Notes under the pieces: generated by a model
Database searches by the model: none
The model's input: the letters and a program-made list of their open reading frames with translations, nothing else
What the model was told of the DNA's origin: nothing
Part shown: positions 35,465 to 48,519 of the stretch, piece after piece
How positions within the stretch are numbered: the stretch's first letter is position 1
Layout of the letters: each line of letters starts with the position of its first letter
Made by a program: the position numbers and the translations under genes
Source: Tubulanus polymorphus
Taxonomy: Eukaryota > Animalia > Nemertea
Assembly: GCF_964204645.1 (NCBI RefSeq)
Contig: NC_134030.1
Coordinates: 2,334,678-2,398,677 of the forward strand
Direction of reading: 5' to 3'
DNA: 64,000 nt

Positions 35465-36811
35465 CTATACCTGCGTTTGATTGGTCGTCGTCGGTAACAT
35501 CGTTTCTTTCGTCGGAGAACACGTGATTCCGTCGTTAGAGTTCGGTGAGTTTTCCGGAAGTTTTCGATATTGCGACTCGTCCATGAGTTTCGGATCGACC
35601 ATCTGTTTACAAAACATCGCCAGAAACTGTTGTCGGAACAGTTTATTGAAAGCACAATATAAGAATATGTTACTGGCCGCATTTGCCGATAACAAAGAGT
35701 CGGTGATCTCACGAATTCCTTTGATCAGCCAACTTTGTTCGTCATGGTAACCGGCCCCAACAAACGACATGACGGCGTCAGGGGTAACGCAAATAATAAA
35801 CACAACAATGACGCTAATTAGCATAATCGTTATGCGATTGCGAGATTGCATTTTCTTATTGGCACGTGACTTGTTCAACGCGCAGATGATCCTGTAGTTC
35901 AAAAATATCAAAATGCATAACGGTATGATAGATCGTAATAAGCTTTGGACCCAGGTATAGGCCGTTACGAATTTCTCGTTTTTCCACAACGCCGTCGTGA
36001 CTACGGTCAACGACGTCGTTTCTGTCGCGTTGTCGTAATTTTCGACGGTCCGGTAACGTAACGCCGACGGTAACGCTATAGCGATCATTATCACAAACAC
36101 GGCGCTGGATATGAACTGCGCGCGTTGTAGGGTACACCATCCTCGCGATTGAGTTGGGAAACACACCAGCAGGAACCGCTCCAGGGCCACGGCGACGGTC
36201 ATCCACGACGATATGCAAGTGGAAAGACTAAATATAAAATGGGCGTATGGATATAGGTAGCCGTAAAGCAGGTCACCAGTGGGCGGATCTATATAGGAAG
36301 CTAGGATCGTCACGAAGTATAAAGTATCGTTCAGTAGTTTGATAGTATCGGCGACCAGTAACGCCGAAAGGTAAGCGTTAGTCGAGGTGCGCATCGATTT
36401 TTTGTTCAAGATAATCAACGTGAGGATGTTTCCGAGTATTCCCGTTAGACAACAGATCGGTATGATTACCATACCGGTTGCGAACTGAGCGTCCAGATAA
36501 AACTTCTCGTACGGATCGCTGACGTTAGCGGTCGAGTTGACCGGATCGCCGGTAGGGGTCGCATTTCGTAAACTAGCGTACGCATTATCGGTCGTCATGT
36601 TCCATAGAGATGGCCAGCTAGCGACGGTTGTGTTGCTGCTGTTGTTGCTGCTGCTGCTGCTGCTGATGTTATCCATGCTAGCTGATAACAACAGATCCGT
36701 ATCATTGTCCGCGGTGCCGACCAGCGGTAAATGATGAGCCTCGCGCTGGTAACCGTCCTGGGTTAGAAGCATAAATATGGACGACGTATTGCGACGCGAG
36801 GTACCGTCCAT
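35465..36811 (-). CDS. Class A neuropeptide GPCR, FMRFamide/MIP/RGWamide-receptor-like; single coding exon, up to 448 aa
   Basis: Seven hydrophobic segments with GILGNILTL, TSTNAYLSALLVAD, SSWMTVAVALERF, IIP, FIICVTPD and NAASNIFLYC. The long N-terminus is rich in N-x-S/T sequons. A splice acceptor (ttttctttttcacgatctcgtttcag) ending at 36928 implies upstream non-coding exon(s). The true start Met is uncertain. Confidence 0.93.
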   Translation of the reverse strand: MDGTSRRNTSSIFMLLTQDGYQREAHHLPLVGTADNDTDLLLSASMDNISSSSSSNNSSNTTVASWPSLWNMTTDNAYASLRNATPTGDPVNSTANVSDPYEKFYLDAQFATGMVIIPICCLTGILGNILTLIILNKKSMRTSTNAYLSALLVADTIKLLNDTLYFVTILASYIDPPTGDLLYGYLYPYAHFIFSLSTCISSWMTVAVALERFLLVCFPTQSRGWCTLQRAQFISSAVFVIMIAIALPSALRYRTVENYDNATETTSLTVVTTALWKNEKFVTAYTWVQSLLRSIIPLCILIFLNYRIICALNKSRANKKMQSRNRITIMLISVIVVFIICVTPDAVMSFVGAGYHDEQSWLIKGIREITDSLLSANAASNIFLYCAFNKLFRQQFLAMFCKQMVDPKLMDESQYRKLPENSPNSNDGITCSPTKETMLPTTTNQTQV

Positions 36812-37496
36812 CGGCCAGACACAACCTCCACTCTCTCGCCGTTCACGTCAAACTGCGATGTCTCTTGTTTTCTACTGGCAGTTTTGTGTTCATATATATA
36901 TATACGCGCACTCAATCAGCTAATCCTCTGAAACGAGATCGTGAAAAAGAAAACGGAGAATTATTATAATTCATCATTAGTAGCAGAAAATATCTCTGAC
37001 AGCTCGATTATTGTAGTGATTATTTGTATCCGATAACAGCGCGTGCGGTTCACATTAATCCACCTGTGTAAATACCACATCAAGGGTAAAGACTTGACCG
37101 CGTGCGGATGTCAATGTCAATCCGTACATTGAAGTCAATAACTTTTAATTATCAACTAGTTTTTATACCAATATATCCATATCCTGTTACAACATGGATG
37201 AAGAATTAGAGCTGACTTATTTTTTTTGTAGCATATTGAGAAGTTAATGGCGCCTGATCCTTAGTTAACGCAGAACTGATCATCCAGGACCCAGTTCCAC
37301 AGTTGTAAGATTTGACTAAAACATTGATAATGAAGTAATCTCGACTCAGAGTTAACTCTAACTCAACTGTGGAACCGGATCCAGTTTCACAGCGTTGGGA
37401 ATTTGAGTAAACTCTAACTCGGGATGCAGTTCCACTGTTGTGAGTTAAAAAGATGATTTCAGTTAAAATCAGTTCATTTTCAGTCAAATCTAAACT

Positions 37497-37680
37497 CACT
37501 GTGGAACTGTTGGGGGCTGAACTGTGGAACTTGGTGCAGAACTGTGAAACTGGGTGCTGAACTGTGGAACTTGGTGCAGAAATGTGGTACTGGGTACTGA
37601 ACTGTGGAATTGTTGGGTGCTGAAGTGTGGAACTTGGTGCTGGACTGTGGAAATGGGTGCTGGACCGTGGAACCGAGTCT
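37497..37680. repeat. About 20-bp degenerate minisatellite (tgaactgtggaacttggtgc) related to a MITE terminus
   Basis: Repeated actgtggaact units adjacent to copies of the GATCCAGTTCCACAGTT family. Confidence 0.75.
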
Positions 37681-38399
37681 GGGTCTCACTACCACCATAT
37701 GAATCATAAAAAAATCATTCGTGAATCGGAATGCAATTTTCACGGCTGGAAGCATTTGCCATTTAGAAATCAACCCCACGATTCAAACATATTCAAATGC
37801 TGTCCGATTGTTAGAACTATAATGAGTAAGTGACGTTTCAGTGCACGGTGCGCAGAGTCTCACAGTCAGAGCGCTACAGCTGTTTCCTAATACCGTTTTG
37901 TACCGTTTACCGTTAAGTACCTTTTGACGTTTAGTGACAGACGAAAATTGACGCGACATCAAATCAACGATTAATATTCAGATAATAACAGTCATCACAA
38001 AAAGATCCCGTTCTGCGTTTGACGTCAACATTGTAATCTTTCTAACCGGCGATATTAACCAATCCGAACATCAAGTCAGGCATTGTACATCGGGAACAAA
38101 CGGTCAAAGATTTCGCAGTTTAATTGATAGAATACCCCGCAATATGAAGAAGATTACAGTTGAACCTCTGGAAATACGATTCTCATAAAGATAAAACGCG
38201 TTTATCACGATGATTTCCAGCATGTCTCAGCTAAACAGATTTATATCAATACAGATTTGGATAAAATGCGAAACCAATTTAATTCGACAATTTCACTTTT
38301 GCCCACAAGATTCGTATCAACGCAGTTCCACTCGATTAGAATGTATAGTGGCGTAAAAAATGAACACAAAATCTATGAACCATTTTTAGAAAAATCTAA

Positions 38400-38600
38400 A
38401 CGAGAGTAGTGACGTTTCGACTTAATTACAAGAACCTTTTTCAAAAGTTAAGAGAGTAGTGACGTCTGGACTCGAGCCATTTTCAAAGATCAAAAGATAG
38501 TGACGTTTAGACTCGAGCCGTTTTCAACGATCTAGAGAGTAGTGACGTTTATACTCAATTCTACGAGACATTTTCAAAAGTTAAGAGAGTAGTGACGATG
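38400..38600. repeat. Degenerate tandem repeat of about 42-55 bp (agagtagtgacgtttcgact...ccattttcaaag), about 4.5 copies
   Basis: Repeated gagtagtgacg anchor. The minus strand resembles a decayed hammerhead (UUGAAAA..GGCUC..GAGUC-GAAA-CG-UC). A related single copy lies at about 60615-60660. Confidence 0.7.
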
Positions 38601-40422
38601 AAATGAAGATTCAACACGTCACTTGTTTTGTTATGATAAATAGAATCACAAGTTTTTGTTGCGAGCAATAGATTGAAATTCCGATTTCATTGTTATAACT
38701 TTTATTATGAATATACACAGTGCATATTTCTGTCTGGCATTTTATCTCTCACATTTTAACACCCAAGCATATTCATCAATGGCATACCATCCCATATATC
38801 AGTGTTCTTGTCACTTACGGCCTAATATTTGATTCTAGACAAAACCGGTTTGATTTCCGATGTTTTAAGTGAACCAATAGAGTCTATTACTTACCAAATC
38901 AATCAGATAATATAGGAAATATTCCCGGTAAAAATAAACACATTTGCGGCGGCGGATAAAGTATGCAGCAGTGTTAGTGATAGTTCTCGTCCCTCACGTG
39001 TATATCCAGGAATAAAAGGCAGATGTTTGTCGCCAATTGATCTGGAACTCTGTGTTTTAAGTATTGAAACACTATAGCCTATAGTTTAGTGTATATGAAA
39101 AACAAAACGATGAGATACAAATATACGAATCGAATTCTACTTTATAGGAATTGATCGGCATTAAATCAACTGAGAGAGATGTGAAGTCCAGAAAATAGCT
39201 GGTAATCTAGGTGTTGTCAGTTCTGTCAGTTATGAAGATATCGCGGAAGTTGAACGTCGTGACCTTTCGGCGATTGGGGCGCAACATCCGGGTTATTTGG
39301 TTTGGAGAACAAAAATCCGGATCCTTTCTCTTTGTCTTTTCTCCTTCTCTTCTCTATCCTTTCTATGCCCCTCTCTTCTTTACTCTCTCCTCTCTCTTCA
39401 CTCTCCCGCCTGTCTCTCACTCGTCCCCTTTTCTCGAGTATAACCCATTTCAAAGTACGGAAAAGTCCTTCGATCTGCGGTGAACTTAATTAAGAAGAAA
39501 CCATAGATCAACAATGATCCCGACCCTTTCACAAGTTTATTTTCCCAGCGCGCTAACAATCAATTCTACGAGAGCGCGTCTTAGATTTATATACACAGCA
39601 CTTGATTGAATTGATCTATTTAGCAGTTTGATTATCGAAGTATCTTCAGTCTTAATGAACGTTGATTACGGTTGGTTTAAGCCTAGACTATAATCGCTGA
39701 TAACTAAACGGGCCATATATATATGTATATAGACAGCAACGCGTGCACATTATTTATACCCGATACTCAACATGAAATACGTAGATGACGATTATTGATT
39801 TTGTATGTAAAAATTTCGAGGGCCTTTTTAATTAACAGGGAAGTGAAAACATAACTCATTAGCAACGTGATGATACATTAATCATACGATAATGGCGCTC
39901 AGCGAGTTGAAGTTCATTTCACCCGATTAATTACTGGGGAATCCTTCGACTGGTAGAACCGAACCCATCGGATTGACTAGTGATCAAAAATGAAAAAAAC
40001 AAAACAAATAAACAAAAAATCCATGGGATCAAAGGGATTCGAACCCACGATCTCTTCATTGACACGAAGTCAAGCTTTCTTCGTCTTCTTATACGTATAT
40101 CTACTACCACGATCATTATAACCATTGGTGAAACACTCTGATTCCGTGTTGTGACTATAATAGAGAATCCCACATTGATAAGACGAGAAAGATTAAGTCC
40201 GAAAACATGACTGTTAGGTTATAGTCAAAACGTCGAAGCAATAAATCATTAGTTTTAAGGAAACTTTTCGGACTTCATCTTTCTCATCATACAAGTGTCT
40301 GTGGAATTCATTTTTTACGAACAATTCATCAATTCCTGATTATCAGACTATGAAAGAAATATCGAAATCTCTGAAACATGAGCTAACTTAAAATCGAACC
40401 CGAGACTACCGCTAAACATGTA

Positions 40423-40542
40423 TCGACACAATATACATTATATTCAGAGTAGCACTATATATTGTTACTCTGAATATAATGTATATTGTGTCGACATTTT
40501 TTGTAACAATTTATTTTGTAAATAAATTCATTCATTCATTCA

Positions 40543-40604
<62 letters not shown>

Positions 40605-40649
40605 TGAATGAATGAATGAATTTATTTACAAAATAAATTGTTACAAAAA

Positions 40650-40718
<69 letters not shown>
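40423..40718. repeat. Two abutting palindromes and (TA)n tracts
   Basis: Hairpin at 40423-40494, an apparently perfect palindrome at 40494-40653 centred on (TA)n, and a second (TA)n tract to about 40718. Confidence 0.9.
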
Positions 40719-40722
<4 letters not shown>

Positions 40723-41970
40723 CGGGATTCGAATCCATGAATACTGGATTAACGGATTCGTCGTAGGCCGCGAACTGCCAAACCGAATAAACTAGAAATT
40801 AACACTGCCATAAAATTAGAAGATAATTTCATTGCGAGACTATTCTCCGACGTGTTTGAAGCAGCGCGTCATCGGACAGTTCTTACGTCATACAACGGTA
40901 AAAATAAAAATCGATAATCTTCGACGATTGATTCAGATAATCCGGTAATAGGATTACCTGCGCAGAACCGACCGGCGCGGCGCCACCACAAAGACGTGAC
41001 GACTTAATCTTCTTCCATCAAGCTGAAATCGCAGTCGTTTCTCGTCATCGACCTTTAGCAACTAATCAATATGGCAGGCGTCGTCGCCACTCGGATTAAT
41101 AAACTATGATTGCGTCGAAAACTTAATTAATCTTTCTTTCCCCCCACCCCCTCCAGTTAACACCAAACAGGTGCGTTACAAATAAAAAAAAAAATCTCGA
41201 TGATTGCTACAGACGACTTAACGATAAAACCCGGTTGTTACACCTGACAGCTGCAACAGGAACTATAACAGCGCCTTGCCTGGTAAATTTGATAAATCTA
41301 TATCTGAAATGCCTGAAATTACAAGAAGCTGCCTGTTTTACCAATGTTATCCCGTGCCAAGTCCGAAACGCGTCTTAATGATTTAATCATTTTGTGGAAT
41401 CATAAGCAATTGCGATTGAATCATTGCTCATTGTATCATATACAAAATATAAAATGAAAAAATGGAAAAATAACAAATGCAACTATCGTAGCTTCGACAA
41501 TAGAACTACCACCGCCACTACCCCCGACATCTCTTCCTTTCAGCAAATTATACCGAACAAACGACGCTTGTGATTAGATTAGCTGAACCACGTATTGTAT
41601 ATCGCAGTATCTACGATGTATATATATACTGTTTGTTTAGTGTTAATCAACTGTGACCATGGATGGAATATTATTCATGTATTCCGCCTACTATTTCAGA
41701 GTGCAGCAAAAACATATGTCGCGCATCGGGAAAAAACTATGATAACAGATGATATCTGTTCTGCTTCATAACCTATCATTGATTGACAGCGATATCGTTA
41801 CCTTTTATTAATTATCGTTTCTTATAATTTGCCTCGATCATATTCTCCAGAAATAATGGAACTGCGTTGTTCAAGGAAAAGTAAACGATATTGAGCATAC
41901 GATGAACTGTCAGAAACGGATGAAATTATATATACCGGTATATAACACAGTTCAGTTTCACAGTTCTGTA

Positions 41971-42270
41971 ACCAGGTCCACAGTTCTGGACACAGTTCCA
42001 CAGATCAGAACCCAGGTCCACAGTTCTGGACACAGTTCCACAGATCAGAACCCAGGTCCACAGTTCTGGACACAGTTCCACAGATCAGAACCCAGGTCCA
42101 CAGTTCTGGACACAGTTCCACAGATCAGAACCCAGGTCCACGGTTCTGGACACAGTTCCACAGATCAGAACCCAGGTCCACGGTTCTGGACACAGTTCCA
42201 CAGTACTGGGTCCAGTTCCACAGTTCTGAACCCAGTTCCACTGTTCTGTACACAGTTCTACAGTTCTGAA
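41971..42270. repeat. 40-bp tandem repeat (ccaggtccacagttctggacacagttccacagatcagaac), about 6 copies
   Basis: Directly visible; contains the cagttccacag motif of the 27849 MITE TIR. Confidence 0.92.
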
Positions 42271-43591
42271 CTAGAAACATCCTAATGAAAATCGATAAAA
42301 CATTCCCCGATAAAACTTGTCACTTTTTTAACGTGCATAATTTTGTTTTACAAACGAAAAGCAAACTTACAATACCCGCCACGCGCCACGTCGGTCGAGA
42401 GATGCTGTCTGAAACGAATGATTATTCAGATATTCTAACGGTTTTTTTTTGAATTCGTAATACGGTTGTTTTAGGATTAACAGTATGTAACATATCGCGA
42501 ATACAGTTTGTCAGCTGCATAGAAAGACAAACACCTTCAAATACCATTAAATACTTAATCTGATAGTTTGAATAAACCGGCGTTCAACCCGTTTCGGATT
42601 ACCAAATCGAATTGATATAGTGCTCTTTTATTCGAGAGGATGACTCCGAAACCTTACTGAAGCAATGTCCCGATAACAGGGTTTAGATGCATTGACCATA
42701 GAACCAACAGAATAACGGGCACTTCGCTAAAAAAATGCGGCCTCATTCCTTTTAACAGATTGCATTCCTTTTAAGCAGCTTTGTAGGGTTTTACACAGTC
42801 TTGTAGCAACTTTCCGAAGTAAACAACGTTATTCAAATCATAGTAGCGTAATCTATTCGGAGAAAAAGTCGGTGTAAAGAAACTTGTGATCGATCGAAGG
42901 GAAAGGCACCGATATCGCGGTATCGCTGCTAGTATCGAGCGTACAGTCCGGACCCGCCCCTGAATACAATACAGGCTGGATATTCTGAAGTGAGTGACCG
43001 GCGTGGATATCAATAAAACGCGGGCGTTTATTCTTGTAACGGTCTGTTTCAGTACGGCGATTATTGTTGTTTTACAACTGTTTTATCCTCACTTTCTCTC
43101 GCTGTTCTTTACGCGTTACATAACTTGCTATCGACGGGCATCACTTTACTCGCGTCACGTCTGTTTTCGGCTCGCTTGGCTCTCACAGATTCCGATCGGT
43201 CAGTCAGGTTTATTAGCATGTTTTGCTTGTTTTTATCTAACTTATCTACGTATAACTGAATCGGTTAAGAATCACATCCGTGATGAGGAAATGAATAAAA
43301 ATCTCAATAAATGAATCTAAAAAGTTTACATAACAGCAGAAATATTTCGGATGTTTGCTAATGCTACCACCCTTCTTCGGTCTAAAAATACTCTTAATCT
43401 AACTTCATTTCGTTCGGATAATGGTTTCCCAAAAATAACCCTGTTATATTTTCTTATTGACAACACGAAGGGAAGGCGCGGTCTATAGAAGTTTTGCCTA
43501 CTGATAATATTTCAGGCGTCACAATATACTCACAATATATACTATGTACCCATAGAATATTTGATTTAAGCTCTTTGATGTATCTCGCGTC

Positions 43592-43800
43592 TGGGTCGAA
43601 TCTCAGTGAGGACACGTGGCGGAGCCTCACGATGTCTCACCAGGTACAAATCCCTGCCGAGGGAGGAACGAGATATGATGTAATCAGGTTCGAATCTCAG
43701 TGAAGACACGTGGCGGAGTCTCATGATGTCATCAGGTTCGAATCTCAGTGATGACACGTGGCGGAGTCTCATGATGTCATCAGGTTCGAATTCCTGCCAA
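43592..43800 (+). repeat. About 50-bp tandem repeat containing a B-box-like ggttcgaatc
   Basis: tcaggttcgaatctcagtga.gacacgtggcggagtctcatgatgtca occurs about 3 times, ending in caggttcgaattcctgcc like the arm of the 20104 element. Confidence 0.75.
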
Positions 43801-46689
43801 GATACGAAGGATAGCTGCCGGGGCTGTTAGCTGGACACGGCTATATTTGCAGCGTTGATCCCGATCACTGATTGGTCATCATTGCGCATCGTTTACGGTC
43901 GGTTTCACGGGAAGACGTTTAGTACTAGCGACTGCTGACTTATGACAAACGAACAGAGCAACAGAATCATCACGACCCATCTCCCCCCACCCCCGATTAT
44001 AACAGGCTTTCCCACTGGACTCGTCTCTTCTCTCATCGTCTGTAGGTTTGTAAGATGTAAGTGAAGATCAAAGGGTCGCCGTGGTGGATAACACGATACT
44101 GTTCCAGCTCAGTGCGACAAGAATATGGACGACTTTAGAAATGTAACATGTATATCGCATATCGCATATCGCATATCGCATATCGTACGCCGCATGTCGT
44201 CCCAGGGTGCGGGGCAGGAAACAACAGTAACAGTACTGTGGAACTGGATCCCGTTTGTTCGCTTATAAAACTGGACTATTCGCAGCGAGAGAGGTTCCGT
44301 GTTTCCTCCTGGACCCACCGAGGACAACGGCACCGTTAGCTTAGGACTTTACCGGGATTTCTTCACGCCTGGCAACTGTAGAGCTGGAACGTGTTCCAAG
44401 ATATACAGTGGAACATCGTTTATAACGAATTCGGATAGCACGATTCATCGGATGTAACAAATATAATATTCTGTCTAAAGTATATATGACAATTTCATTA
44501 GCTTCATGCTGGATCAAACTATCGGTTATAACGAACATATTTTCTGGTCCCGTGAAGTTCATTGTAACGAGGTTCCAATGTATTGTTATGGCGCCGACCT
44601 CCCCTTCACTCCGCTTCTATTCCCGATCTTTTAATCGAACATTCACTGATATCAGTTATAAATAGTCCGGGTTAATTGCGCTCTAAGACAAGTCTAGAAA
44701 TGAAGATATCACCGTTTAAATAAATGCGAGAACGTCTCTAATCGAGCGTGTTATCAATTTTCGACGTTTTCGTGAATGATTGCGATGTTTTCCTCTTTCT
44801 TACAGCTATTAATCCCCCCAGTACGATTTACCATCTCGCAATAGACGAGTGTTCAAACTACGATAAGACGCCGAGTGGATCATTTGTTCTGCGCGAATTG
44901 TATGTATGTATATCGCGGCCTCGTGTCAGGGACTCACGGCGCCGTCATTTACGCTTAACCACACGGTGGAGTCAGCTAGTTCAAGGTTAATATAAAGTGC
45001 ATCGATCGCTCTGTGATAGATACGTAATCAGTCAAAACCGAGTACTGTGGAAGCGGGTCCCTGACCTACATAAAGTACACGATGTCACAGCGAACGATAT
45101 TGCATCAAGTACATTTTTCTGACAGTTTCGAGAATACTATCTAAATACAATCTTCAAGAAGTACATTTAATCATGCGGTGAAATAAAGCAAGACAATTTA
45201 TTGAAAGGAAGCCAAACTCATTTCTTGACATTATTCATAAATTTTTGGCTATGAGTTATCTTTTTTTAATTTGGAAATACATATTCGCTTGCCAGGAGTC
45301 CGTCATCGCTCCCTGAACTCACTTCCACAAGCGCCCCCTGGCCACATGACGCGCAATTTCATTATCTGGGCTATTGCACATGACGTCATATATTGAATTG
45401 CGAAATACTTCCTTGTTCCGTAAAACATTCGCCGATTGGTCCATTTAACGGGAATTTCAATAGAAACCTAATGTCGGTTATTACAAGCGCTGTGATTGGT
45501 ACGACCGGTTTCTGGTCGGCTAGTAACAACGACTCCAGCGACTCGTAAGGTCAAGGGGTTCGGAGAACGGTTCGAATCCCTTGAACATGCTGGAAATAAG
45601 GATCGTTTTGCTTTTCAGTGATTTGATTTCTACATTTATTTCGTCGTGTCATGCTTTCATGTAGAGGATGTTCCACCTTAAAATGTGGATGAGCCGCTTT
45701 CCACGCACAAGCACGCGCGTGTAATACATCTAGTTTAGATCCGTGAAATATGAAACAACTCTCCTGTTGCACAAATCTCATCGATCTTATCGGATTAATT
45801 GACCAGACAATATTCTAGCGGGATATTCTACAGATGATTACAATCTTAATCTCTGCTCGTGCATGAACACAGTTTGACCATATGAAATCAAGATCAATTC
45901 GTGCACCGCGTATCATATTGTAATTAGCGGTCACGTTTATCTGTGAAAGTCATCATTCCGGTGTTTAGTGTATAAGTCACTGAAATGTTCGGGAAGAGTT
46001 CACGTCGATTTAGATGCTCAACCACATCCTGCGTTGCCTGATCTATGAACGCGTGACGTCAGCAGCGTTGTCAACGCGATAAAATCTAAGTTACGGTTAT
46101 GCGCGTTTTCTTCAAGGTCGTTTTCTTGATCGATTTTGTCGTCGATTTTCATCGGTTAAAGCTATTTACCGGCATCAATTCGCGCCGGTTATAGTTATTT
46201 ACCGTACAACCAAAACGGAAAATTATTGTTTGTTCAACAAACTCCGACATCCGGATGAAAAATCAACAGAATTGTTTAATCGGTCTCCGGCGACTGTTTG
46301 GATTCTGTTTTTCAATTCTGGAGTTCAGATTGCGAACACTTTTCCCGAGAGTACGGCGCATGAGCCCAGTGTGTATTTTAAATTACCCGGTGAGTGGGGT
46401 CATTCTAAATGATTAATCGAGGGCAATTCTCTAAGTCAATTGACAGTTTACAGAAATTTGCCTCGTAAAAATTAGCACTCATGTGATACGTCACGTTTTG
46501 AATTATGGGAATCTGTGTAATTTTGCGACCTCTTGGGACCTATCATCGTGATAAAGCAGAATATAATTATATATTGGGGACCATTTGTTGTACCGCTTCG
46601 GTTTCGATTCAGCACATTAGTCTTATAGCATATCCAACAACCTTATAGATCGGTCAAAGTTCATTTTGGTTCCACATCCAATCTTACTT

Positions 46690-47085
46690 ACAACTTACGA
46701 CCAGCCTAAACTCAATGTTGGTTCTATAATCAATTTAAGTACATAAAACTAGTCCAAGCTCATTTTGGTTATATAACCAATCTAACAGCTTAAGACCGGT
46801 CTAAACTCATGTTGGTTCTATAATCAATCTAAGTACTTTAAACCAGTATGAGCTTCAGTTCTTTAGCCATTGTAACAACTTAAAACCAGTCTAAGCTCAT
46901 TTGGTTCTAAAGCCTATCTAACACACTTAAGACCAGTCTGAGCTCATTTGGTTCTAAAGCCTATCTAACACACTTAAGACCAGTCTGAGCTCATTTGGTT
47001 CTAAAGCCTATCTAACACACTTAAGACCAGTCTGAGCTCATTTGGTTCTAAAGCCTATCTAACACACTTAAGACCAGTCTGAGCT
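46690..47085. repeat. 47-bp tandem repeat amplified from the interior of the GGGCCAGTTGCA MITE
   Basis: gctcatttggttctaaagcctatctaacacacttaagaccagtctga in about 4 near-identical copies (46895-47085), preceded by degenerate copies. Confidence 0.85.
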
Positions 47086-48004
47086 CTTACGACTATATCT
47101 TCACTTACTGAGCCCACGTCTCTGCAACTTGACCTGGGGAGATTGCTATTTTTTGTGCATAATTCTCGTATTAATTTGAAACCTACGTGCAAAAACACCT
47201 GGGGCCTCAGCTGTTGTGTTAAAACTATACGACTAATTAGCAACACAAAAGGCTTAAAACTACATCGTGAGTAAACAAATTAACCCGGACTGTCTGGCAC
47301 CAGCGAATCATCTGCAGCACGCACGCTGGCAAGCGTAGAGTTATCATCCGAACCCCCACGAGGGAATACATCGAAATATCGAGATTTCCTTAATGCTTCA
47401 ATTTAGACGAAGTAAAAAAGTCACTCGTGTTGGAAACGACATTGCAGTCGCCCGAAATCATCGTCATACGCGCGTGCGTGCGGAGGGTAATACGAAACGA
47501 GGAAACGAGGAAATGAAGAACGACCGGGGAAGACGTTTTCGTTGGCGCGTGTGTTGGGTAATGGGAAACGAGGGAACGAGGAAATAAAGAGCGACCAGGA
47601 AGACGATCATTCTCTGTTCGAATCGTGTGCGACGAATCGCGCTGGAAATGGCGGCCGTTTCTCGTCGAAATTACCCGAACGGTTTCCGTCATCGGTCGTT
47701 TTATTTCTCGCAAGCGACGACGATCAACTCCGTTTAAGATGTCGAGCTGTAAATCAAATAGATTACCTGCGCATCACGTGCGACAAATAGCTTCAATTAG
47801 CGCAGATTAATCACTTGTAAAGAGAGCGTTTAATTAAGGGCTTTAAAACATCGTGGAAAAAAAAACTACTCCTTATCGAGGAACTCAGTTCTTTATTACA
47901 TCTCGTGAAAGACGAGCAAACTAACTTGAAAGTTTCTTGACGCCTTATCTGAGTTAGATGTGATGTATTTCATATATAGCGTCACAAAAAATATCACAAA
48001 ACAT

Positions 48005-48519
48005 CCGAGATGGAACGGAACTGACCGAGTTGAACGGAACTGACCGAGTTGGAACGGATCTGACCGAGTTGAACGGAACTGACCGAGTTGGAACGGATCT
48101 GACCGAGATGGAACGGAACTGACCGAGTTGAACGGAACTGACCGAGTTGGAACGGAACTGACCGAGTTGAACGGAACTGACCGAGTTGGAACGGAACTGA
48201 CCGAGTTGGAACGGAACTGACCGAGTTGAACGGAACTGACCGAGTTGCAACGGAACTGACCGAGTTGCAACGGAACTGACCGAGTTGAACGGAACTGACC
48301 GAGTTGGAACGGAACTGACCGAGTTGAACAGAACTTACCGAGTTGCAACGGAACTGACCGAGTTGCAACGGAACTGACCGAGTTGAACGGAACTGACCGT
48401 GTTGGAACGGAACTGACCGAGTTGAGCGGAACTGACCGAGTTGCAACGGAACTGACCGAGTTGAACGGAACTAACCGAGTTGAACGGAACTGACCGTGTT
48501 GCAACGGAACTGACCGAGT
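48005..48519. repeat. 19-21-bp minisatellite (gaacggaactgaccgagtt), about 26 copies
   Basis: Directly visible; generates the four repetitive ORFs 47896-48544. Confidence 0.96.

Noticed and set aside
35407-36734. Short ORFs overlapping the GPCR
   Set aside because: Alternative-frame or antisense shadows of the real CDS.
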